DNA of 57,524 nucleotides from Emiliania huxleyi CCMP1516 (Eukaryota): NCBI RefSeq assembly GCF_000372725.1, contig NW_005201269.1, positions 310,001 to 367,524 of the forward strand, read 5' to 3'. Shown piece by piece: positions 33,851 to 44,343 of this stretch (position 1 is its first letter; each line of letters starts with the position of its first letter). The notes under the pieces were generated by a model. It saw only the letters and a program-made list of their open reading frames with translations, ran no database searches and was not told where the DNA came from. The position numbers and the translations under genes were made by a program.

Positions 33851-36800
33851 ATGCTCTTTCTGCCACTGCTGCTGTTGCAGACCTCGCCACCACCGCCGGC
33901 GCTTGCACCTCCGCCTCCGTCCCCGCCGCCGCCGCCGCCGCCGCCATCACCTCCGCCTCCGCCGCCGCCGCCGCCTCCGCCTCCGCCGCCGCCGTCGCCT
34001 CCGATCCCGACGAATGACACCTCTACTGGCCAGACCTGGAAGTTGAACGAAACGTCGCCACCCCCAACGCCGCCCCCCGAAGCCGAAGCGCAAGCGTGGC
34101 AGGCGCAAGTCCGCGCCCGCAGCGGAGGGAAGAACCAATGCGGTTGCAAAGGAGACAAACCGTACTGCAACACGCAAGGCATCGGCACCAGCTGCACCAA
34201 TGGCAAGGATGGCGCGCGCTGTTCAGACACCCACGAATGCGCCTCCGAAACATGCCACTTTAATGACTTCCCAAAAACATACGGCCAGTCCAACGACTGC
34301 TACGTCTGCACAAAAGCCGGCGTGAACAAGTGCAAAAAGTTCAACGATGTCTGCGCAAAAACCGGCGAGAAGTGCAGCACCACTGCGACTGAAATGAACG
34401 ACGTGACACAGGCCTGCTGCAACGGCTATTGCGTGTCCTTGTGCACCAATTGCGATCCGCGATACGTCAATCACTTCTGCTATGCTCACCCGCCGCCAAG
34501 CCCGCCGCCTTCCCCGCTTCCGACCCCCCCACCCCCTCCGCCCGCACCGCCCCCTCCCTCGCCTCCCGCGTCGTGCAGCCAGATCAATTGCGATCTGCCC
34601 CCAGGGCTTTGCAGCTGGACGGCCTCGGAGGCACCTGCGACCGTCACCTCTGGGCTCACTTTTTGGGACCCGCCCGACTCGTCCGAGCGGATGCAGCTCT
34701 GGGGGGATTGGAACGCGAAGTGCGGCGACAGCTTCTGGGCGACATCTTTTGACTGGGGTGCCATCGCCGCGCCCTCTGCAGTGACAGTTTGCACGGGAAG
34801 CATGTGCGCTGCAAGTTCGATAAAGGCGGCTTGCGATTATGATACCTGCTCCGATCCCTCTGCGGGCTGCAATTTCGACTTCAACATGTACGCAACCATA
34901 CTCGTGTATTCCTCTCAGCTTCGTGTCGCCACAGTAGTGGAGGGGCTACCCGCTGGGGCGTCACGCGAGCAGCTGGGCGAGGCGCGCGAGCAACTGGGCG
35001 ACGTGATCGACGGCCTGAACGCATACAAGGTGGCGCTGATGAACCAGATGAACCAAATCGCACACGCCCAACCAGAGTACAGCGCAGCGGGCCTGATCGG
35101 CACTCAGATCGCGACAGTTTCCTGGGCAAGTAACGCCCTCAGTGTGGCGTCTGGAGGCATCATGATGGGCAACTTTTCCGGCTTCGTTCCCGCGTTCAAC
35201 CTCAACTTCTATCAAGAGAGGCTCGAGTCGTACTTCACCGAGTTCCAGGAGCTCCTTTTTTGTATGCAACGTATGGAAAAAATCCAGGACATCAACAACT
35301 TTCTAGTCACGAAGAATGCCATTGATGCATCTGTCACGACGAGTACTACGCAGGTCAGCATGGAGCAAACCATAGCTACCATCGAGAGCGCAGCAAGCGG
35401 CATGTCTGCGGCCCTCGTTGCGATGAGGCGCCTGAATGAGACCATCTACCAAGCCGGAGTCGACTTTCAGGAGTCGCTCGACGAGTACTACGCGCAAAAA
35501 AGGCGGGAGGCCATCTGGAACCTTGTGTTTGCTGTCGCGAACCTGGCCACCGCCTCTCGTGTCCCTATTGGGATGTTCAACGACAAGTGGAGTTTGAAAT
35601 CGGGCGGCGATGTGGTGAGTCAGGCGTTGTGGGCAGGCGAGCAGTTCGCGAACAATGCCAAGACCATGGGGTCTGCAGCCTCGGCACTCGTATCGGCCAA
35701 CGGCGACAAAGATGCGGACAAGAAGTTTCCCTCGAGTACCGCCGTCACATTGACAAATGGAGTGTTGACGGACCTCAAGGAGAGCGACGTGCCGGTCCCG
35801 GACGACATCCCAAAGGGCAAGGAGATGGCAGCACTCCAAGCGGCGCTCGACAACCTCAACGAGGCATATAATTTGCTCTATTTCCCGCAGGGTCCCATTA
35901 TAGCATCGTCATGAAACGCGTCAGCCTACTGCCGCGGTAGGTGCTGCCGACGATGGGCTGGGGCTTCTGGACGGAGTACTACGCCAACATGAAGGAGTCC
36001 TACAACGAGTATCTGTACGCAAGCCCTTGAGTGAGCGAACAAGCCCTAGCTACGCAGTCCTGTCACGCCCTCCCCCGCCGCACGCAGCACGGGCTACAGC
36101 ACGTCCATCAACGCTGCGGCCCAACACATCATCGATTTGATCGACGCGCAGAAGGACTACGGGAACGACTACGTCAATCAAGGGATGCGCTACGTTGGAG
36201 GCTTGCAGCAGTACCTCATCGATGCACAGACGCTTGACATCTACACACAAGCGAACGATGCGCTCGCCGCCGCCTACGATGATTTGGTCCCGGACGGCTA
36301 CCTTCCTCTTCAGCAGAGCACGCAGGCGGTCCAGATCACAAGCCTAGGATTGCAGATGCAGGCCGTCGTGGTGCAGCTCTGCCAGAGCTACTCCTACCAA
36401 ACCACCGGACTCTTTCAGCGTTGTGTGGCGGGGAGCACCGCGACCGAGAACTCACTTCACAACCTCTGCTACAACACCGCGGTTGGGGTTCTCCCATCCT
36501 TGGCTCCGCTGGATTATGATGTCTGCGGCTCAACTGTAGAATTCATGACAGCGGCCAAGGAGTACCTGGAACCGTTCAGTGAGATGAATGACTGGGCGCG
36601 GGAGGTGAACTGCTACGTGAACGAGAACCTCTGGGGTGGCAAGAACGATGTTGTCGAGGCGATTAACTACCCCTTCGTTGCGCTCAAGCTCGAGGTGTAC
36701 AATGCCACCTGCGACCGCTCGTCCCCGAACATCACCGTCGAGATGGGATCGTGCATCATCGCAGATTGCCCGTCTTCTGATGACGCCGCGGTGAAGTGTT

Positions 36801-37861
36801 TCGAACGGTCGAGCACGACGTGCACCGACTACCTTGCCGGTGTCGAATGGGATTTGGCTGATGACGAGACCTGCTGCGAGAGCCGACGCGAGACGTTCAA
36901 CTGCACCGAGCCACCGGGAGTGCCGCCAACGTACACGGACGGGAAGCTGAGGACGGACGGCTACACGATGCCCTACATTCGACTCGATGACTTTGAACGC
37001 TTTGTGGACCCTGATTCGGAGGACTGGGGGAAGCTTGTCATTTCGTGGGACATCGCGTATATTCGAGAAGCGACAGGCCTGACCAGCGATCAGGAAGGGG
37101 TGTTCGTGCGTGGCATCGCAGCTTACCTCGAGGGCGCAACTGTTGGGGACACAGTTGAGGACAACGATCAAATCATAGTGACCCTCACGGCGACCGGGGA
37201 GATGACCAACCAGGTCAAGATCCCTGACCCAGAGGGGTGCTACGCCGCGTCCTGCCGTTTTGACAACTACCCGTTCTCCGGAGCACCCTCCGGCCAAGCC
37301 TACTGCTACACCGCTGACGACGGGCATGAAACGTGCAATGACGATAACACCCTCAAGTACCAAGCCAGATACCGGAACACGAAAGGCGGCCCCGGCACCG
37401 GTTGCCAATTTGCAGCGGACGGCCAACCGAAGCCTGTGTTCACCAACGACAAACCGGCCCGCGACAAGCCGAGCGCGTGCGGAAAGCAGGATGCGTGCTT
37501 CGACGAATCACTGGAATGCCCCTGCTACTGCACTGGTGAGGAGTACGAGGAGACCTACCAGAATAAGTACTTCATGGGGGACGACCTATCCGGCCCTTAC
37601 AACTCGGCAGGCCTTTTCTCCAGCTACACCCTTACGGTCACTGGCACTGCCTCGAAGAACGATCCTGGACGCGACGGTCAGCGGCGGTATAATATCAACC
37701 TCCACGGCGTCCAGGCTATCCACCTTGGGCTTTGGCTGAAGACGACATCAGCAGCAGACTCGGGCCAATGCGAAAATATTGCGTCTCCAGGGGGCCAGTG
37801 CGCACCGCCGCCGCCGCCTTCTTCGGGATGGATGGATGGTTTGATGGGTGGATGGCTCTGA
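33851..37861 (+). CDS. Secreted ~1286-aa protein: Pro-rich and Cys-rich N-half, long helical region, C-terminal beta domain (possible TcA-like pore-former), join(33851..35863,35941..36014,36088..37861)
   Basis: Hydrophobic N-terminus; a GC-AG and a GT-AG intron join the two long ORFs in frame. The gene model is well supported, the function is inferred. Confidence 0.75.
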
Positions 37862-37929
37862 CCTGGCCTGAGGTGATGACGGCGATGCCCGCGCGCGTCG
37901 ACTCGCGGAGGTCGTGGCGGGCCGTCACA

Positions 37930-38173
37930 TGTAATATTGCCAAGGCCTTCTCCGCCTTCGAGGAGACAGTGTAACATTGCCGAGGCCTTCTCCGCCTCCG
38001 AGGAGACAGTGTAACATTGCCGAGGCCTTCTCCGCCTCCGAGGAGACAGTGTAGTATCGACAGGGCCTTCTCCGCCTTCGAGGAGACAGTGTAGTATCGA
38101 CAAGGCCTTCTCCGCCTTCGAGGAGACAGTGTAGTATCGACAAGGCCTTCTCCGCCTTCGAGGAGACAGTGTA
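37930..38173. repeat. 40-bp tandem repeat, about 6 units
   Basis: ggccttctccgcct(t/c)cgaggagacagtgta followed by acattgc or gtatcga. Confidence 0.95.
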
Positions 38174-38685
38174 AATGAGAAATGCGCGCGCTGGCTACGA
38201 TTTTCTGCCCGTGATATAATAAACGCGCAAAGTCGAGCACCCCTCGAGCCCCCTGCACGCTCACCGCAAAAACGGGTGACGATATGTGAATAGCTGCAGC
38301 TGCGGCCGCACCACCCGGCGAGACCATCCTCGCGCGCACGGGACGCTACAGGCGCGGGCGCGGGGGTGGAGGGTGCGTATGAGGCGGAGATGATGGAGGC
38401 GCTCGCCGCGTGCGACGATTGAGCGCCTCCCTCTCTCTCCGTCCGCCTCTCCGGCAGCGCGCCTGACCGGTCGGTGCGGCCTCCGAGTCGGCGTCTAGCG
38501 CGCGCGATAGGTTTTTTGCTCGCCTTCCCTGGGATCCCGTGTTTGCGTGACTGTCTCTCGCTTTGGTGTTTTCTTCTCATAACAAGGTCTGTGGGGAGGG
38601 TTGAACAGCGCCCACCATTGTGTGGATTCCGTTCCCAGGGGGTGCTGCGCGTTTGCGCCGCTGTGAGAAGTTCGTCGCCGTCGGA

Positions 38686-39347
38686 ATGTGCAAGCCACCG
38701 CTGCTCGACAACCAGGCTACACATGCAGACGAGGCTGACGAGCCAGAGGACCTCCAGACCGCCTCGGAGGACTCCGCTCTGAAGCACCGGCTCGACCTCC
38801 AGACGGGCGAAGACGGGCTCTCTGACGAGGAGGCGGCGCGCAGGCTGCTGCAGCATGGGCGGAACGAGCTGCCGGACCTGCGCACGCCCAAGTGGCGTAT
38901 ATTCCTGTCTCACTTCACCGGCATCATGCCCGGCACCATCATTATCGCTATCATCATCGAGGGCCTGCTGCCGCCACCACACCGCCGCCGCCGCCGCCGC
39001 CACCGCCGCCGGCCTGCCGCCCGCCGCCGCCGCCGCCGCCTGCCGCCCGCCGCCCGCCGCATCTCCCACCCCGCCGTGCGCACGCGCCCGGCACCTCAAT
39101 ACTCTCGACTCCGCCGCGACCCTCCCCTCCACATCGCCAGTCTCCCTCCCTGCGATCGCCCACAGAGAGAGAGCGACGCCGTCTCTCCTAGCCGTCGCCT
39201 GCGCCAGAGAGCCCAGAGACACCGCATACTCTGCGCGCCGCGCAGGAGTGGCCCGACATGAGCACCCTCACCGCGCTCCTCCTCCTCAACGGCTTCGTCG
39301 GCTTCTTCGAGGACATGCGCGCCGGCGACGCCGTCGCCGCCCTCAAG
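38686..39347 (+). pseudogene. 5' fragment of a P3A-type plasma-membrane H+-ATPase
   Basis: GLSDEEAARRLLQHGRNEL and WPD...LLLLNGFVGFFEDMRAGDAVAALK; no further exons visible after the repeat at ~39382. Confidence 0.8.
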
Positions 39348-40267
39348 GTGCTCACACGAGCTGACCTCTCCCCCACCCCGGTCTGCTATCTGGAGTGATC
39401 TGTCGGCGGTCAGTACGACCGATCAGGTTGGAGTTTTCTGATGGTTGGAGGGTCTCCTCGAGATCTCTCCAAATCTGCCCTCTACTCAACCGTACTCATT
39501 CGTATGAGCGCCGGAGCCCCGTTTCCGCACTGGCCACTGCTGCGCTGCGCACGGTGCCTCCGGGGGCCCCCGCGCCCCCCCAGAGCGCGACGCCCCCCGA
39601 ACCAACGGGCCAGACCCTCCCAGAGGGTGCCACAGGGACGCCCAAAACCGCCCACAGCAGCCCCACACGACCCTCATGCCTTAAACTAGTACTCGGCTCT
39701 CGGCACAACCGCTCAAAGTTGGCCTCCCCCGGACGAGGTGTTTCACATTAGGGGCACCCTCCGGCAGGCGGCCCTGAGCCCCCTAGGCGGGCCGCCGCTG
39801 CTCTAGCGCGCAGCGACCCGATGGGCAAAGGGCCCCTACCCACCCCAGACACCCTCACGCCCTCTCCCCCGGCCCGCCCCGCCCCCGCGGCACCGAGGGC
39901 GATTCTGCGCGAGGGGGTCGCTGCTGCGGAGCCGCAGCGGCCGGCGGCGGCGCCGCCAGCGCGGCCGGCGCGGCCGGTGGCGCCGGTAGCGCGAGCAACG
40001 GCACCATCGGCGATGGGCTCGGCGATCGCCGATCGGCGAAGGCGCGTTGGGCAGCGCGAGAGGAGAGGTGGCTGCCGGTGCCGCCACGCTCTCCCGACGG
40101 CGGGGTCGGCGGGCGCGGCAGCCACTTCTCGCGACCACATGCGGATTTTATTTTGCCCAGTGGTTATGTCCGAGGCGCTGCGCTGGCTCAGAGCGAGTTC
40201 GCGCTGCGCTAGGCTCAGACGGCGAGTTTGAGCTGAAAATAAAATCCGCATGGGCGCGGGGACCCCC

Positions 40268-40636
40268 CAGTGTGCAATCTTTACCGGTACATGTATGAGA
40301 CTGGTATTTGGCGATATTTTGATTAGTTTTGGAGTGGTATGGTATAGTGGTATGCGAAAGTGGTATGCGGGGTTTTCAGCAGTTGTAGCGGCTGTCGGTG
40401 TGGTCCCGGGGGCGAAACCATGCAAAAGTGCGGGTATTACCCGGGTATACCCGGGTTTTTCCAGGTATGCCCGCAAAATACCCGGCATTTTGCCGATTTT
40501 GCCGATTTTGCCACCAAGAAGGCACTCCGACTCGCTTTGATTTCCGTGAGGCAACTGGTATCCCGTACCACTTTTTGATTAGTGCAGGCCTTGGGTTTGA
40601 TTAGCCAAAAACTCCCATACCGGTAAATGCACACTG
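40268..40636. mobile_element. hAT-like MITE (369 bp)
   Basis: TIR CAGTGTGCA...TGCACACTG; 8-bp TSD GGACCCCC at 40260-40267 and 40637-40644; lower GC interior. Confidence 0.85.
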
Positions 40637-40904
40637 GGACCCCCCCTCGCCCCTGCTGCTTGCCCATAACACTTTTAATTTTTCCGCTCGCCCCCGCCCC
40701 CGCGCCGCATATCGGATATCGCGCCCATCGCCCATGCCGCACACGGCGGGACGGCGGCGCCGCGCGCAACCGCGGCGGGACCACGTCAGAGAGGGCTCTA
40801 CAACAGCATCAGAGGGCTCTACAACGGCTTGCGGGGCCGTGGGACACTCCCCGCTCTCTCGGCGCTCACCCGCCTCGCCGTCGGAGGGCGGCTCCGCCCG
40901 CTGC

Positions 40905-42554
40905 TCAGGGCGCCGGCTTGGAGTCCGCCACCACCTTGAGCAAGCTCTGCACCGAGGCGGCCCATCCCTCGAGCGAGCCCTGCAGCCGGCCGAGCTGCTC
41001 CTTCCCAAACTCGCGCTCGAGGCAGCCCGAGACGACGACGGTGGAGCGCACCTGGTCCATCTTTGCGACGATGAGCCCCGCCGAGATGGTCTCGACCACC
41101 CAGTGCTCCACCTCGTCCGCGGAGACGCGGAGCGCCTAAGGAGAGAGAGTGTGTGTGAGCGATATTGTTGCATGTGCTGACGAAGACGCACTCGATTGAG
41201 CGGTCGTTTGCCTCGGCGACCGCCGCATACGTGAGCTCCTTGTGCGCGACGCAGAGCGAGGTGAGAGAGAGCAGCCGCATCTTGCGCTCGAGCGAGGCGG
41301 TGTCGAGACCCTGCGCCTCGAGGAAGGCCGCGTGGGCCGGCACCGCTGCAAACTCGAGGAAGTCGCGCGCCATCTCGCGCGCGACGATGTCGAGCAGCCT
41401 GCGCGGGCCGGGAGAGGCGGGGGCAGGGGGTGACGCGGGGGGGCGGCGGCGAGGGCGCGGGCGCCGCCGCCGCCGCCGCGGCGGCGGCGGGAGCGGCGCG
41501 GAGGGGGGGGCGACGAAGGCAGCGGCGGCGGGAGCGGCGGCGGGAGCGGCGGCGGGAGCGAGCCTGGCGAGCGGGGCGAGCTCGGGGTCCGCCTTGAGGG
41601 CGGCGGTGACCGGCAGCTGGGCGAGCGTGTCGCAGGTGAGCAGCGCCGGCGAGCGCAGCGTCAGCAGCACGCACTTGACCAGCCGACTGCGCAGCTCGGC
41701 GTCCGCCGCGACGTCTTTGGCCGAGTGCAGCGAGAGGTACTTGACGCCGCTCTCGTAGGTGCGGTGCTCGTCCGAGCCGGCGTCGGCGTCGAGCGACGCG
41801 TCCAAGATGAGCCCCCACAGCTCTCTCTTCTGCGCCTCCGACAGCTGCCTCGCGCCCACCCAATCCTCGACTGTCGCCACCCGCCGCTCGGCTCCTCCCA
41901 GGAGCAGGTCGAGCGAGCCGCCGCCGCAGCGGGCGCAGAAGAGGAGCAGCTTGGAGAGCATCGCGAAGTGGAGCTGCTCCAGCCCGTGCCTGTGGGCGGG
42001 CACGGTTGCGGGGCGAGTGTGGCGCCGTCAGCCACGCGGCGAGGGGCGCCAGCGGGCTGGGGCCAGCGCCGCGGGCTGGGGCCGTGGCGCAAGAGGCGGA
42101 GTGAGGCGCGCCCGCTGACGAGGCCGTAGAGGGAGAGGAGGAGCGTGCGGCGCAGGGCGGGCCGCTCGTCGGTGGAGGAGGCGAGCTCGTCCGCCAGCGC
42201 CTCGATCATCCCCTCGATGAGCCCCCACTTGAGCAGCAGCTGCAGCAGCAGCGTGTAGGCGACCTCAACCTCGCCCTCGTCGGCGCTGCCGAAGCGCTCG
42301 CGGATGGCGGCGAGCAGCCGCTCGCCCAGCGCCTTGAACTCACCCTTCTCCTCCAGCGCCACGCACTCCACCTCAAACTCGGACGGCTGCACCGCCTCGG
42401 CCGCCGCCTCGGCCTCGGGCGCAGCGTCGCCCTCGGCGGAGGGGGCAGCCTCAGCAGCGGGGGCAGCCTCGGCGGCAGGCGGCGGCGAGATCCAGCGCGC
42501 CAGGCCCTCCACGAATGAGAGCGACGCGTTCGTGGCGAAGACTATCGACGACAT
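40905..42554 (-). CDS. EIF3M: Translation initiation factor 3 subunit M (PCI domain), multi-exon
   Basis: KMRLLSLTSL, EVEHWVVETISAGLIVAKMDQV, REFGKEQ...L..W; last intron 41136-41211 is GC-AG. Confidence 0.87.
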
Positions 42555-44343
42555 GGCGGTGGCTCCACCCCTCGCGGCTCGGGAGAGAGCACCGTGCCAC
42601 CGCTCGACAAAAGAATTGCGGTTAGACTTCGAAACGTGCTGCATAGCGCGTGTGACCTTGTCGCGATAAGAGTGCGACGAAGCGCTATTTCCTGCTCCCG
42701 GATCACCACCCGCTTCTCTGTCGCTCTCCTGGCCCAGGCCCATCAGTAGCAGGTCTGAGCTGTCCCAAACCGCACTTATCTCGGGTCTTCAAGCTCACAC
42801 CGGCTCGTGATGCCACGGAGAGGGCTCCGAGATTGTCCCCGGTGGACCCCATCCGAGCCGATTGCGAGGGCAGTACGGAGGTCATTGTCGGCGCCATCGA
42901 CTGTGAAATGTCCCGACCCAACAGCCCTCATGCACTAGGCTCATGGATACAGTCATAATATGTAGGCCTTTTCTCCCAATCTTTTGAGCACTAGCCGCAA
43001 ACGGCGCTTCTTGGCACTTCATCGCGAGGAGCTACCTGACCAACAACTGCTCCGCTGCCTCTGCACAGGTGCTGGCCAGGGTTGTTGGCTGCCCGGCGGT
43101 GCCGGAGGACGTCCGGCACTACTGCTGCGCACGCGTGCGCACCTGGCGCGCACACGGTCTCCCGCCGGGAGCGCCCGTAACGCGTAATGAGCAAAGTGGA
43201 GGTGCGGGTCTCTGACGCCGTTGGCATTGGGGCATCTCAGGTCCCCAAAGCTCATCACCGACAACATGGGAAACGCGCGAGCCGAGCGGCAAAATTCAGG
43301 GTAAACCGCGCGCCGACAGTTTCAATACCGTGCTCCAAATACCGAGTAAACCGTGTCAAAGTTTCAATACCGAGTGATCTCGGGCGGTCTCGAGCGAGAT
43401 GTCGGACATGGACGAGATCGCGACTCGGTGATCTCGGGCGGTCTCGAGCGAAATGTCGGACACGAACTCGATCGACGTGTGAATGAAGTGATCTGCGTGA
43501 TCTGTTAGATGTGTGATGACGATCATCACGCCGTCGCGACTTTGTTTGGCGCTCTCTCACAACGCTAGGGAGAGGACTGGCGCACTGACACTAACACAAG
43601 TACACAAAAGAAATACAGACGCCGGTTTTCTGTCTAGCACCACACTCCTTCCTTTTCGCCTCTCCTGGTGCGGGATACCACAAAGCGCGCCCTCTGTGCT
43701 GCGCGATCGCCGACTGCGTTAGGTTAGGTTAGGCAGGAAGGTGAGAAGAACAGTCTGGCTCGCACTGGACACCAACGCGGTATGGGTGTCCATGACTGGA
43801 GAGGCGCTCCAGCCGAGCGTCGGCTGCTTCGGCCCTAGCTTCGGCCTTCTCGCTCAATCGATCGAGCCTCCAAAACCCCAAAACCGCGATGAATCGGCGC
43901 GGCAGCGGACTGACGTCAAAGGACGGCCGCGAAAGTGCACGACGACAGAAAACCTCTGTGTTGGCGGTGTGCTCCCCTCCCTCCCTCGTGTCTGTTTTCT
44001 TTCTTTCTTTCTTTCTCTTCTCTTTCTTATTTTCCGTTTTCTTTCTGCGGCTCCCCCTGCAGGCGAGTTCATCAGGTCGGCAATGCCCTTCATGCCCTAG
44101 CGTAAAAAGAAAATAAGGCACGTAATTAATAGTACCGCGGGTAACTGCAAGGCCAGGAGCTGTCGGCTGAACCTATCAGCATCATGACGGTGATGTTTGA
44201 GAGTGGCCCCTGAATATCGGCGTCAAATGGAAGCGCGAAACGACGCCCGTTGAATTCTTTATTAGAGCTGGCCTCACCGGCGCGGGCTCGTCGACGGCCT
44301 TACAAGCGGGCGGGCGGAGGAGCGAACGCACACGGTGGCTGGC

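Noticed and set aside
37930..38173. CRISPR-like array
   Set aside because: Variable parts are only ~7-10 bp and repeat in blocks; no cas genes; eukaryotic context.
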